DNA of 64,000 bases, from contig WNDS01000003.1 of the NCBI GenBank assembly GCA_009912235.1, forward strand, positions 719,634 to 783,633, given 5' to 3'. A program made the translations under genes and the position numbers. This document shows, piece after piece, positions 50,819 through 61,823 of this stretch (the first letter of the stretch is position 1; the number at the start of each line of letters is the position of its first letter). Below the pieces are notes generated by a model. The model saw only the letters and a list, made by a program, of their open reading frames with translations, searched no databases and was not told the DNA's origin. This DNA is from Stenotrophomonas maltophilia (GTDB taxonomy: Bacteria; Pseudomonadota; Gammaproteobacteria; Xanthomonadales; Xanthomonadaceae).

Positions 50819-52794
50819 GCGCGCACCTCCTGCAGCGTAGCGTGGTGGGTCGCTTCGGTGCGCGCCACCTCCTCGGCACTGACGTAGTAATCGACGTCAT
50901 CGTTGTAGGACCGCACGATCAGCGTGGTGATCATCGCGATGAAGCTGGCACCGGCCATCCACCAGATGTGCCAGACCAGGGCGAAGCACAGCACCAGGAT
51001 CCACACGTTCAGCAGCAGCGGCACACCGGTGTTCTTTGGCATGTGGATGGGCGCATAGCGCTTCGGCGGCGGCGGCAACCCGCGCTTCTTGGCTTCATGG
51101 AAGGCATCGAGCGCGTCCACCGTGGGCACCACGGCGAAGTTGTAGAACGGCGGCGGCGACGGTGTGGCCCATTCCAGCGTGCGCGCGTTCCACGGGTCGC
51201 CGGTCAGGTCCAGGTTGCGCTTGCGGTCGCGCACGCTCACGTAGATCTGCACCAGCATGAGGATGATGCCGGCCAGCACGAACAGCGCACCGATGAAGGC
51301 GGCGATCAGGTACGGCGTCCACTGAGGGTTGTCGTACTGGTTCATGCGCCGGGTCATGCCCAAGAAGCCGAGCATGTACAGCGGCATGAAAGCCAGGTAG
51401 AAACCGATCACCCAGCAGGCGAAGGACCACTCGCCCAGGCGCTCGTTCAACGTGAAGCCGAACACCTTTGGGAACCAGTACGCAAAGCCGGCGAAGTAGC
51501 CGAACAGCGCGCCGCCGATGATGGTGTTGTGGAAGTGCGCCACCAGGAACAGGCTGTTGTGCAGCAGGAAATCGGCGCCCGGGATGGCCAGCATCACGCC
51601 GGTCATGCCACCGATGGTGAAGGTGACCAGGAAAGCGAGGGTCCACAGCATCGGCACGCTGAACTCCACGCGGCCGCCGTACATGGTGAACAGCCAGGTG
51701 AAGATCTTCACGCCGGTGGGAATGGCGATGATCATCGTCATGATGCCGAAGAAGGCGTTGACGCTGGCACCGGAGCCCATGGTGAAGAAGTGGTGCAGCC
51801 ACATCACGAACGACAGGATGCCGATGGCCAGCGTGGCACCCACCATCGACTTGTAGCCGAACAGCTTCTTGCGCGCGAGGGTGGCGGTCACTTCGGAGAA
51901 GATGCCGAACGCCGGCAGCACCAGGATGTACACCTCCGGGCGGCCCCAGGCCAACACCAGGTTCACGTACATCATCGGGTTGCCGCCGAGATGGTTGGTG
52001 TAGAAGTTGAAGTCCAGGTAGCGGTCCAGCGTCAGCGCGCCCAGCGCCACGGTCAGGATCGGGAAGGCGGCGATGATGATCACGCTGGTGACCAGCACGG
52101 TCCAGGTGAACACCGGCATCTTCATCAGGGTCATGCCCGGCGCACGCATGCGCAGGATGGTGATGAACATGTTGACGCCGGTCAGCAGCGTTCCCACGCC
52201 GGACGCCTGCAGCGCCCAGATGTAGTAGTCCGCCCCCCCCACCCCGGGGCTGAACTGGATGCCCTACAGCGGCGGGTAGGCCACCCAGCCGGTCATGGCG
52301 AATTCGCCCACGCCCAGCGAGATCATCATCAGCGCCGCGCCGACCACGAAGATCCAGAAGCTGAAGGCGTTGAGGAACGGGAAGGCCATGTCGCGCGCAC
52401 CGATCTGCAGCGGCACGATGACGTTCATCAGGCCCGCCACGAACGGGGTGGCCACGAAGAAGATCATGATCATGCCGTGCGCGGTAAAGATCTGGTCGTA
52501 GTGTTCCGTCGGCAGGAAACCATCACTGCCCGGCCCGGCCGCAGCCAGCTGCGCGCGCATCATCAGCGCATCGGCAAAGCCACGCACCAGCATGACCAGC
52601 GCGACCACGATGTACATCACGCCGATCTTCTTGTGGTCCACCGTGGTGAACCAGTTGCGCCACAGCGGGCCCCGCTGCTTGAACCAGGTCAGCGCGCCCA
52701 GCACGGCCAGGCCACCGAACACCATGCCCAGCAGCGTGACCACGACGATCGGCTCGTGCAGCGGCACGGCCTCCCACGTCAACTTACCCAACAT
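50815..52794 (-). pseudogene. cyoB: Cytochrome bo3 oxidase subunit I with in-frame TAG
   Basis: DHKKIG, FTAHG, WLHHFF, AHFH; TAG at 52264-66; GRPEVY instead of GHPEVY. Confidence 0.9.
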
Positions 52795-52799
52795 GTCCG

Positions 52800-53699
52800 T
52801 TACTCCTGCGAAGCCGTGTTGTCAGCGTGGCGCGCGGGAGCCACCGCGGTGTTTTCGCCCACGCCGATGAACTGGTCGATGACCTTCTTGAACAGCAGCG
52901 GCTCGACCGTGGAGAAGTGCTGCACCGGCGCGTTGCGGCTGGGTGCGGCCAACGCCTTGAACTCGGTGAAGCTCAGTGCGTCCGGCGCGCTGCGCACCTC
53001 GGCCACCCAGCGCTGGAAGTCTTCATTGCTGCTGGCGGTAGCGGTGAACTTCATGTTCGAGAAACCGTGCCCGCTGTAGTTGCCCGACATGCCGCGGAAC
53101 TGGCCGGCCTCGTTGGCCGCCAGGTGCAGCTGCATGCGCATGCCGGCCATGGCGTAGATCTGCCCGCCCAGCTGCGGAATGAAGAAGGTGTTCATCGTCG
53201 AGTTGGAGGTGATGTCGAACGCCAGCTGCCGGTTGACCGGGAAGTTGAGCTGGTTGACCGTGGCGATGCCCAGGTCGGGGTAGACGAACACCCACTTCCA
53301 GTCGGTGGCGATCACTTCCACGTGCAGCGGTTCGCCCGGCACGTCCAGCGGCTTGTACGGGTCCAGCGCGTGGATCGACTTCCAGACGATGACCGACAGG
53401 ATGGCGACGATCAGCAGCGGCACGCCCCACACCACCACTTCCACCTTGGTGGAATGCGCCCAGTCGGGCATGTACCGGGCCTGGGTGTTGCCCGCGCGGT
53501 AGCGCCAGGCGAACACGAAGGTAAGCACGATGGCCAGCACCACCACGATCAGTATCAGGCCGACGCAGATGGCGATCAGGTCGCGCTGGGCGAGCCCGAC
53601 CATGCCTTTTGAATCCAGCAGCGCCCAGTTGCAGCCGGACAGGCTGGCACAGGCCAGGGCGGCCAGCGCTGGGCGGAGGGGGTTCCAGCAGATATTCAT
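52800..53699 (-). CDS. cyoA: Cytochrome bo3 oxidase subunit II
   Basis: LSGC lipobox, [23 protein letters not shown]. Confidence 0.92.
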   Translation of the reverse strand: MNICWNPLRPALAALACASLSGCNWALLDSKGMVGLAQRDLIAICVGLILIVVVLAIVLTFVFAWRYRAGNTQARYMPDWAHSTKVEVVVWGVPLLIVAILSVIVWKSIHALDPYKPLDVPGEPLHVEVIATDWKWVFVYPDLGIATVNQLNFPVNRQLAFDITSNSTMNTFFIPQLGGQIYAMAGMRMQLHLAANEAGQFRGMSGNYSGHGFSNMKFTATASSNEDFQRWVAEVRSAPDALSFTEFKALAAPSRNAPVQHFSTVEPLLFKKVIDQFIGVGENTAVAPARHADNTASQE

Positions 53700-53794
53700 G
53701 ATGACGGTAGACCCTGTTGAAGGAGCTGCCTTGACCAGGGCCGTGGGCGCACAGCTCCCGGGCGCTTAACGGCTACACTGTCTGCAGGGTGGCG

Positions 53795-53850
53795 CATACA
53801 AAAGCCACATCATCCCGATCAAGGCCATACAAGATACAGCATTGTATGGC
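53795..53850. promoter_or_regulatory. Candidate MocR-type operator
   Basis: CATACAA (53795-801) plus inverted repeat GCCATACAA-N9-TTGTATGGC (53824-50). Confidence 0.5.
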
Positions 53851-53885
53851 TTGATGCACGTACATGCATGGAAGGACCTGATCCG

Positions 53886-55301
53886 ATGCAGCAGCCCGCC
53901 GCCGGCCGACGCCTGAAGAAGCCCAACCGCACCTGGGTGCGCCCGTTCCACGACGGAACCGGCCCGCTCTACCTGCAGATCGCCCAGCAGGTACGTGACG
54001 CGGTTGACGACGGCGTGCTGCGCGCAGGCGACCGCCTGCCCCCGCAGCGCGACCTGGCCCAGCTGATGGGCGTGGACCTGACCACCGTCACCCGGGCCTA
54101 CAGCGAACTGCGCCAGGCCGACCTGCTCGATGCGCAGGGCGCCGGCGGCACCTTCATCGCCATGGCCGCCGGCAACAGCGCGCGCTCATCGGTGGATCTG
54201 AGTATGAACATCCCGCCGCTGCTGGGCAGCACCGCATTCGCCCAGGGCATGGAACAGGGCTTTGCCCACCTGGGCGCGCAGCTGGGCCAGGGCGAACTGA
54301 TGAGCTACCACGTGGGCGCCGGCAGCCGCGACGACCGCGCCGCCGCCGCGCAGTGGCTGGCACCGATGCTGGGCCGGGTGCCGGCCGAGCGGGTGATCGT
54401 CTGCCCCGGTGCACAGACCGCCCTGTGCGCGGTGATGCTGGCCTGCACCCAGCCCGGCGACCTGATTGCCGCCGAACAGCTGACCTACCCGGGCCTGCTG
54501 GCCGCCGCGCGGGTACTGCAGCGCGGCGTGCTGCCGATCGCCATGGACGCCGAAGGCATGCTGCCCGATGCCCTGGAAGCAGCCTGCCAGCAGCGCGTGC
54601 CGGCCCTGCTGTACCTGGTGCCGACCATCCAGAACCCGACCACCGCCACGCTGTCGGCCGGCCGCCGCGAGGCCCTGCTGGCCATCGCGCGCCGGCATGG
54701 CATCACCGTGGTGGAGGACGATCCCTACTGGCTGCTGGCCGGTGACGCACCGCCGCCGCTGGCCGCCGCCAGCAGCGCGCAAGCCCCGGTGTACTACGTG
54801 TCCACGCTGTCCAAGTGCCTGGCCCCGGGCCTGCGCACCGCCTACCTGGTGGTGCCGGCCGGCGCACCGATGGAACCGCTGCTGGACGCGCTGCGCTCGA
54901 TCGCGCTGATGCCCGCCCAGTCGATGGTGGCGGTGGCCTCGCAGTGGATCCGCAGCGGCGAGGCGGCCGACATGGTGCGCCGCTTCCAGCAGGAACTGCG
55001 CCAGCGCCAGCAGATTGCCGCGAAGATCCTGCCGCGCCCCTACCAGGCCCATCCGGCCGGCCTGCACGTATGGCTGCCACTGCCGGGCCGGCTGGACCAG
55101 TACCGGCTGATCCAGACCGCGCAGTCGCAGGAGCTGGGCATTGCCAGCTCTGACGCCTTCAGCACCGAGGAACAGCCCGGCAACGCGATCCGCCTGTCAC
55201 TGGGCGGGGCCGTGGACCAGACCAGCCTGAGTGCCGCGCTGACGCGGCTGACCGAGATCATCTCCGAGGCGCCTGAGACGCGCAGCCCCGCCATCGTCTG
55301 A
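53886..55301 (+). CDS. MocR/GabR-family regulator (GntR HTH + PLP aminotransferase domain)
   Basis: LPPQRDLA, TTVTRAY, QNPT, EDDPY, SKCLAPGLR. Confidence 0.9.
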   Translation: MQQPAAGRRLKKPNRTWVRPFHDGTGPLYLQIAQQVRDAVDDGVLRAGDRLPPQRDLAQLMGVDLTTVTRAYSELRQADLLDAQGAGGTFIAMAAGNSARSSVDLSMNIPPLLGSTAFAQGMEQGFAHLGAQLGQGELMSYHVGAGSRDDRAAAAQWLAPMLGRVPAERVIVCPGAQTALCAVMLACTQPGDLIAAEQLTYPGLLAAARVLQRGVLPIAMDAEGMLPDALEAACQQRVPALLYLVPTIQNPTTATLSAGRREALLAIARRHGITVVEDDPYWLLAGDAPPPLAAASSAQAPVYYVSTLSKCLAPGLRTAYLVVPAGAPMEPLLDALRSIALMPAQSMVAVASQWIRSGEAADMVRRFQQELRQRQQIAAKILPRPYQAHPAGLHVWLPLPGRLDQYRLIQTAQSQELGIASSDAFSTEEQPGNAIRLSLGGAVDQTSLSAALTRLTEIISEAPETRSPAIV

Positions 55302-55319
55302 GCTCGCCGTCCCCGAAAT

Positions 55320-55354
55320 CCATACAAAAATGATAATCTTTCATTCTTGTATGG
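55320..55354. promoter_or_regulatory. Second candidate MocR-type operator
   Basis: CCATACAA-N19-TTGTATGG in an AT-rich spacer. Confidence 0.5.
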
Positions 55355-55372
55355 ATATACGTGTGGACCCCG

Positions 55373-55651
55373 ATGCAGCGCGATCGTCTGAAGTTCCATC
55401 TGGTGATGGCCGGCTGCGGCGCGTTCGTGGTGCTGGCGCTGGCCGCGCTGGCCTATGTGTGCAGCCGCCCGCAGACCGCCGGCGTGCAGTCCGGTGAAGC
55501 CCGGGCCATCGAGCGCTGCCTGCAGCGCAGCCAGGACCCGGCGCGCCGTGCCATCCAGCGGCAGGCGCAGGCCGATTCCTGCCGCGAGATGCGCAAGCAG
55601 TATCTGCACAAGTTCGGTGAAGACGCGCCGCCGCCGGGCGAGGCCTCGTGA
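55373..55651 (+). CDS. Small membrane-anchored hypothetical protein
   Basis: N-terminal TM helix; two downstream Cys; coupled to the next gene. Confidence 0.65.
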   Translation: MQRDRLKFHLVMAGCGAFVVLALAALAYVCSRPQTAGVQSGEARAIERCLQRSQDPARRAIQRQAQADSCREMRKQYLHKFGEDAPPPGEAS

Positions 55652-56244
55652 TGAGCACCACGCGCCGCCACGGGCTACGCTGGGCCATCGCCGCGGCCTG
55701 TGTGTTCATGGCCGGCACCGACGTGGCCCTGTGGAACTACTTCGGCTGCGGCGCGCAGGCCCTTTTTTCCGAACAGGCCATCGTGTTCGACGACGCCCAG
55801 CTGCACCTTCCCGACGCGCTGGCCGGTGCCACCGGGCGCATCCGCGTGGTGCATTTCTGGGACCCGGCCTGCACCGTCTGCAACCGCGAAACCGGTGCGC
55901 ACCTGAGTTACCTGATCAGCATGTACCGCCGCGCCAACGTCGATTTCTACGCCATTCGCCGCCCCGGCACGCAGGGCGAACTACCCGCCCACCTGCGCGG
56001 GCGCGTCACCGAACTGCCCACCCTGGACGGCATCGAGCACATTCCAGCCAGCCTGGCCGTGGCGATCTGGGATGCCGGCGGCCACCTGGCCTATGCCGGC
56101 CCGTACAGCATCGGCATGGTCTGCAATTCGGCCAACAGCTTCGTCGAGCCGATCCTGGACAAGCTGGTGGCTGGGCAGACGGTGCGCCCGCGCGGTGGCC
56201 TGCTGGCGGTGGGCTGCTACTGCCCCTGGCACGACCCGCGCTGA
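55651..56244 (+). CDS. Thioredoxin-like protein (DUF6436-like)
   Basis: HFWDPACTVCN, YAGPYS.G, GCYCPW. Confidence 0.7.
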   Translation: MSTTRRHGLRWAIAAACVFMAGTDVALWNYFGCGAQALFSEQAIVFDDAQLHLPDALAGATGRIRVVHFWDPACTVCNRETGAHLSYLISMYRRANVDFYAIRRPGTQGELPAHLRGRVTELPTLDGIEHIPASLAVAIWDAGGHLAYAGPYSIGMVCNSANSFVEPILDKLVAGQTVRPRGGLLAVGCYCPWHDPR

Positions 56245-56253
56245 GGCCGCTGC

Positions 56254-57780
56254 ATGAAGCACGAGACCCTGCCTGCGCTGGCGCCGCTGGCGTGCGCGCA
56301 TGACAGCAACGGCGGTCGCCTGCCCCAACCGACCGATGGTTGCGGGCAGGCGTCCGCCGTTGAGGGTGACTGTAGCGCCCCACATGCTCCCTACATGCCG
56401 CGACCGGGTCTCGCGGGGCTGGACTGGGTGCAGGATGCGCTGGCCGGTGGCGGCCCTATCTACCTGCGCGTGGTCACCGCGCTGGAGCGTTCACTGCTTG
56501 CCGGCGCGCTGTTACCCGGGCAGCGCCTGCCCTCGCAGCGCGCGTTGGCGCAGCAGCTGGGCATCGACCTCACCACGGTCACGCGCGCCTTCGACGAAGC
56601 CCGCAAAAGCGGCCTGATCGAAGCGCGCGGCCCGCAGGGCAGCTTCATCGCACCGCCCAAGGCCGGCTTCGCACAGCCGCTGGACCTGAGCATGAACCTG
56701 CCGCCGGTGCCCGATGCCGAGGCGCTGGCCGACATGCTAAGGCGGGGTGCGGCGTCCGTGCTCGCGCGCAGCAATGCACCCAACCTAATGGCCTACCACC
56801 TGGGCGGCGGCAACCCAACCGATCGCCACGCAGCGGCGCGCTGGCTGCAGCCGATGCTGGGCCCCGTGCAGGATGCGCATCTGCTGCTGACCGAAGGCGC
56901 GCAGGTGGCGCTGTCGGCCGTGCTGCTCAGCCACGGCCGGCAGGGCGAGCCGATCCTGTGCGAGCGCCTGGTCTACCCCGGGCTGCTGCACGCTGCCGAG
57001 GCGCTGGGCCGCCCGCTGCTGCCGGTGGACGGCGATGCACACGGCCTGTGCCCGCAGGCGCTGGAACGCGCGATGCGGCAGCGCGGCGCGCGCCTGCTGT
57101 ATCTGAACCCGACCTGCCAGAACCCGACCGCGTTGACCGTGCCGGCCGCCCGCCGCGCCGAACTGGCGCGCGTGCTGGAGCGCACTGGCCTGCTGGCGAT
57201 CGAAGACGATCCCTACTGGCACCTGGCCGACGCGGCACCCGCACCGCTGGCGGTGTTGGCGCCGCACCATGTGTTCTACATCGCCACGCTGTCCAAGGTG
57301 ATCAGCCCTGACCTGCGTACCGCCTTCGTGCACTGCCCTGCCCCTTCGCATGCGCAGGCGATGGCCAGCGCGCTGCGTGCCGCCCGGTTGATGGGCCACC
57401 CGCTGCTGTCGGCGCTGGCCAGCCAGCTGCTGCTGGACGGTTCGGCACACGCGTTGCTGGCGCAGGTGCGCGAGGAAGCACGCGGGCGCACGCGCATGGC
57501 CCGCTATCTGCTGGCGCCATCGGTGCTGGAACAGGCCGACGGCCTGCACGCGTGGTGCCGGCTGCCGGCGCCGTGGACCGATGCCGCGCTGGTGCGCAGC
57601 GCGGAACTGCAGGGGCTGGCGATCGCGCCCTCGTCCGCGTTCTGTCCGCCGGATGCGCCGTTCGATCGCGGCGTGCGGCTGTCACTGGGCGTGGCGACAG
57701 ACCGCCGGCAGCTGGAACACGCGTTGAAGCGGATCGACCGGATGCTGCTGTCCGACGTGGTGCCGGCCCATCACCGGTAG
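56254..57780 (+). CDS. Second MocR/GabR-family regulator (start uncertain)
   Basis: LPSQRALA, TTVTRAF, QNPT, EDDPY; paralogous to 53886-55301. Confidence 0.85.
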   Translation: MKHETLPALAPLACAHDSNGGRLPQPTDGCGQASAVEGDCSAPHAPYMPRPGLAGLDWVQDALAGGGPIYLRVVTALERSLLAGALLPGQRLPSQRALAQQLGIDLTTVTRAFDEARKSGLIEARGPQGSFIAPPKAGFAQPLDLSMNLPPVPDAEALADMLRRGAASVLARSNAPNLMAYHLGGGNPTDRHAAARWLQPMLGPVQDAHLLLTEGAQVALSAVLLSHGRQGEPILCERLVYPGLLHAAEALGRPLLPVDGDAHGLCPQALERAMRQRGARLLYLNPTCQNPTALTVPAARRAELARVLERTGLLAIEDDPYWHLADAAPAPLAVLAPHHVFYIATLSKVISPDLRTAFVHCPAPSHAQAMASALRAARLMGHPLLSALASQLLLDGSAHALLAQVREEARGRTRMARYLLAPSVLEQADGLHAWCRLPAPWTDAALVRSAELQGLAIAPSSAFCPPDAPFDRGVRLSLGVATDRRQLEHALKRIDRMLLSDVVPAHHR

Positions 57781-57793
57781 CGGTGAGGCAAGC

Positions 57794-57817
57794 AGCCACG
57801 CATGGCGTGGCTCTACC
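57794..57817. repeat. SMAG REP
   Basis: AGCCACGCATGGCGTGGCTCTACC. Confidence 0.8.
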
Positions 57818-57838
57818 GTAAATCCCACCACGCGACGC

Positions 57839-59137
57839 TCAGGCCAGTGCCGTCAGCGCCTGCACCAGGGCATCCAGCTGCGCCGGCCGGGTGAACACCG
57901 ACGGCGTCACCCGCACGCAGGCGCCCGAGGCCAGGCCATCACGCCAAGTGGTGAAGATGCCATGCTCATCCAGCAGGCGCTTCTGCACGGCCATGTTGTA
58001 GGCCACGCTGCTGCGCCCGCGCAGGCGGAAGCTGGCCAGCTCACTGGCCAGCGCCGGGTCCGGCGAGGACAGCACCTCTACGTGTGCCATCGCACGCGCA
58101 GGCACCGTCCAGCGTTCGCGCAGGTAACGCAGGCGCGCCTGCCTGCGTGCCGCGCCGATGTGCTGGTGCAGCGCGATCGCATCGGTCAACGCCAGGTAGG
58201 CGGCAAAGTTCACCGTGCCGGTATGCACGCGGCTGCTCACACGGCCATCGTCAGGCTGCCCCATGTACGGGTCCAGATCCTTCAGCCGGCCCTGGCGCAC
58301 GTACAGGGCGCCAGCCCCCACCGGTGCGCCGATCCACTTGTGCAGGTTGATGCCCACGAAATCGGCGTTCAACTGCGGCACCGCATAGTCGATCTGGCCG
58401 AACCCGTGCGCGGCGTCGACGATCACATCGATGCCGCGCGCACGCGCACGTTCGGCAATGTCGGCCGCCGGCAGTACCAGGCCATGGCGGTGGCTGACCT
58501 GGGTCAGCAGCACCAGCTTCAACCGTGGCAGGCGTGCAAAGGCGGCCTCATAGGCCTGCAGGATCTGTTCGTGCGTGGGCACCGCCGGCAGCGCGATGCG
58601 CTCCACCTGCACGCCACGCCGCTGCTGCAGCCACTGCATGGCGGTGATCATGCTGTCGTAGTCCACATCGGCGTACAGCACCTGGTCACCCGGTGCCAGC
58701 CGGTTGTAGCCGCCGATCAGTGCCAGCAGTGCGTCGGTGGCGCCACGGGTCAGCGCGATCTCCTCTTCGCCCACGCCCAGCATCTGCGCCACCTGGCGGC
58801 GCGCGGCCATGTACTGTGCGGGGAAGGCCTGGCGGCCGTACCACGCATTGCCGCGGTTTACCTCGGCGGTGTGCCGCTGGTAGGCCGCCAGCGTCTCGCG
58901 GCCCATCGCGCCCCAGTAGCCGTTTTCCAGGTGGTTCACTTCCTGGGTGATGTCGAAGTGGCAGGCCACCGCCCCCCAGTACGCCTCATCGCTTGCCAGC
59001 TGCTCCGGTGCCACGGTGTGCACGGGAATGGGCTGGGCAGCGGCCCGGCGCGCGGCGGTGGCCGCCAGCGCGCCAAGGGCGGTACTGGCCGGCAGCAGCG
59101 CGCCGGCCTGCAGCAGCGAGCGGCGGGTGCGGTCCAT
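57839..59137 (-). CDS. Tat-exported class-V PLP aminotransferase (isopenicillin-N-epimerase-like)
   Basis: TRRSLL Tat motif, DAAH, NLHKW. Confidence 0.82.
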   Translation of the reverse strand: MDRTRRSLLQAGALLPASTALGALAATAARRAAAQPIPVHTVAPEQLASDEAYWGAVACHFDITQEVNHLENGYWGAMGRETLAAYQRHTAEVNRGNAWYGRQAFPAQYMAARRQVAQMLGVGEEEIALTRGATDALLALIGGYNRLAPGDQVLYADVDYDSMITAMQWLQQRRGVQVERIALPAVPTHEQILQAYEAAFARLPRLKLVLLTQVSHRHGLVLPAADIAERARARGIDVIVDAAHGFGQIDYAVPQLNADFVGINLHKWIGAPVGAGALYVRQGRLKDLDPYMGQPDDGRVSSRVHTGTVNFAAYLALTDAIALHQHIGAARRQARLRYLRERWTVPARAMAHVEVLSSPDPALASELASFRLRGRSSVAYNMAVQKRLLDEHGIFTTWRDGLASGACVRVTPSVFTRPAQLDALVQALTALA

Positions 59138-60858
59138 CAGTAGGTGAACCGGTACTGGGCGTAGATGTTGCCGCCGTCGGTGTCATACGGCGCGTTGCGC
59201 GAATAGATCAGGCCACGGCTGGCCTGGAAGGTGGCCTCGTCCGGGTAGCTGTCGAACACGTTGTCGGCGCCCACGCGCAGGCTGTGGTGTTCGTTGAAGC
59301 GGTAGCTGGCGGCCAGGTCCAGGAAGGTCATCTCACCGAAGCGCTGGTAGATGTCGCCCACCGCGTTGCCGGTCGAGTCAGTCCACGCGCCGTAGTAGCG
59401 CACGCGCGCCATGAACGACCACGGACCGGTTTCCCAGTTGCCGGTGAAGCTGCCCTTGTGCTCGGGCAGGCGGTCTTCGAACAGGATGCGCTGGGTTTCG
59501 TTGGTGGCCACCGAGGTGCTGCCGTTGTCCACCCGGGTGCGGTTGAAGTTGTAGGCCAGCGTCAGCGTCATGCGGCCCTTGCCCAGCTCGCGCAGGTAGT
59601 TGCCGACGATGTCCACGCCGGTGGCGGTGGTGTCGAAATTGTTGGTGAAGTAGTTCACCGAGGTGTAGCCCAGCGGATTGGGCGTGCCGGCAGGAATGGC
59701 GAAACTGGCCGACTGGCTAAAGCGGTCGGTCAACGAGATCCGGTGCAGATCCACCGAACCGGACAGGCCCATGTCGGTGCGCCAGGTCAGCCCCAGCGAG
59801 GCCGTGCGCGATTCCTCCGGCTTCAGCGGCTTGGCCCCCAGCAGCTGCGCCAGCGGGTCGTTGGGCGACAGGCGGCCGCTGGTGAAGATCTGCAGCGTGC
59901 GCGTGTCCAGGCCCTGGGTAGTGCTGGTGGTGCTCAGCTGTGCCGGGGTCGGCGCACGGAAGCCGGTGGAGAAGGTGCCGCGCATCGCGACGTCCGGGGT
60001 GATTTCAAAGCGCGCCGAGAACTTGCCGCCCAGCGTGCTGCCGAAGCTGGAGAAGTCTTCATAGCGGCCCGCGGCAGCGATGGTCCAGCGGTTGCCCAGC
60101 GACACTTCCACGTCCACGTAGGCGGCCTTGCTGCGCTGGTCCCACTGGCCGGCCTGGCTGGCCGGGAAGCCCGGCGCGCCGTTGGAATTGGAGGACTCGG
60201 CGAACACGGCGAGGCTGCCGTAGTCACCCAGCGCCCAGCCGGTGCGCGCACTGAAATCGCGCGAGGCGCCATCGCCCTGCGCGTACTGCGAGTAACCGGC
60301 GGTGATCTCGGTGCCCGGGTCATCTTCCAGGATGATGTTGATGACGCCGGCAATGGCATCGGAGCCGTACTGCGCCGAAGCGCCATCGCGCAGCACTTCG
60401 ATGCGCTTGATGGCGCTGGTCGGAATCTGCGCGAGGTCGGCGGCCTGTGCGCCGCGGTTGCCCAGCAGCGCGCTGCGGTGGAAACGGCGGCCGTTGACCA
60501 GCACCAGCGTCTGGTCCGGCGACAGCCCGCGCAGCGTGGCCGGGCGCACGAACACCTGGCCATCGGCCATCGGCAGGCGCTGCACCACGAACGAGGGCAC
60601 CAGCTGGGCCAGCACGTCCTTCAGGTCGGTGGACTCCACCGATTTGATGTCTTCCTTGGTGAACACATCCACCGGCGCCATGGTGTCGAACTGGGTGCGG
60701 TTGGATGCGCGGGTACCGGTAACCAGCATCGCATCGAGCTGGGTCGGTGCCGCACGGCCGCCTGCAGCGGGCTCGGCCGGTTCGGCCGCCATCGCGCCTC
60801 CTGCGCTGGCCATGGAAAGGGCAAGGAGGATGGAACGCGAAAGCTTCGAACGATGCAC
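59137..60858 (-). pseudogene. TonB-dependent receptor, apparently with in-frame internal deletion
   Basis: Full plug (LVTGTR, IEVLRDGASAQYGSDAIAGVINII) and C-terminus, but only ~570 aa; abrupt junction near 60185. Confidence 0.6.
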
Positions 60859-61142
60859 GGCAGGACTCCGGGAGGACGCGACAGGGCCAGCACCTGTGCG
60901 GACACAACAGGCCTGGACAAGCCGCGCAGTCTCGGCGCGATATGTGAAGGCGCCATGACGTGCACACGACAACTGCGTGCCACCCGATTTATTTCCGTGG
61001 AAGCAATGCCGTCACCGCCACATCGGCTGACGCTGGTGTTCGATGCACGCTGATCACCGGCCTGAACGGTCGCTGTGTTCCAGCCATGGCACGGGGCGAT
61101 GCGCCGACAACGGGCTAGTCTTGAAGGCCCGCAAAAGAAGTG

Positions 61143-61820
61143 ATGCCCATGCTCATTCTTGAACTCTCCCTTCCGGTTTCGGACGTAGCCGCTACCGCAC
61201 GCTATTTCCGCGAAGTACTGCAGCAGCCGGTGGAAGGCAACGCCGTGACGATCGGCTGGAGCACGATCACCCTGGTGCCCGCCGGCGCGCTGCCGGTGGG
61301 CGGCGTGCACCTGGCCTTCAACGTGCCGGACAACCGTTTCGCCGAAGCCACCGCCTGGCTGCGCGAGCGCGCGCCACTGCAGACCAACCCGGAAGGCATC
61401 GATTACTTCGCGCTGGAAAGCAACTGGCAGTCGCAGTCGGTGTACTTCACCGGGCCCAATGGCATGGTGCTGGAACTGATCGGCCGCCAGCCCCTGCCCG
61501 ACGGACAGCACAGCGGCGCGTTCCACGGCAGCGAACTGACCAGCCTGAGCGAAGTGGGCCTGCCCAGCACCGACGTGGATGCGCTGCGCCAGCGATTGGA
61601 AGCCGATTTCGGCCTGCAGTCCCTGTCACCGCCGTCGCCGCAGTTCGCGCCGATGGGCGATGACGAGGGCCTGCTGATCGTGGTCGACGCAGCGCGCCGC
61701 TGGTTACCCGAAGGCAAGGACCTGCCGGCCGCACGTGGCCTGCAGGTGCACCTGGGTGGCGTCAGCGCAGGCGCCGGCCTGGCCGATACCGCGCATGGCT
61801 GGCAGCTGCAGGCCGCCTGA
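61143..61820 (+). CDS. VOC/glyoxalase-family protein
   Basis: HLAFNVP, YFTGPNGMVLELI, SEVGLP. Confidence 0.78.
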   Translation: MPMLILELSLPVSDVAATARYFREVLQQPVEGNAVTIGWSTITLVPAGALPVGGVHLAFNVPDNRFAEATAWLRERAPLQTNPEGIDYFALESNWQSQSVYFTGPNGMVLELIGRQPLPDGQHSGAFHGSELTSLSEVGLPSTDVDALRQRLEADFGLQSLSPPSPQFAPMGDDEGLLIVVDAARRWLPEGKDLPAARGLQVHLGGVSAGAGLADTAHGWQLQAA

Positions 61821-61823
61821 GCG

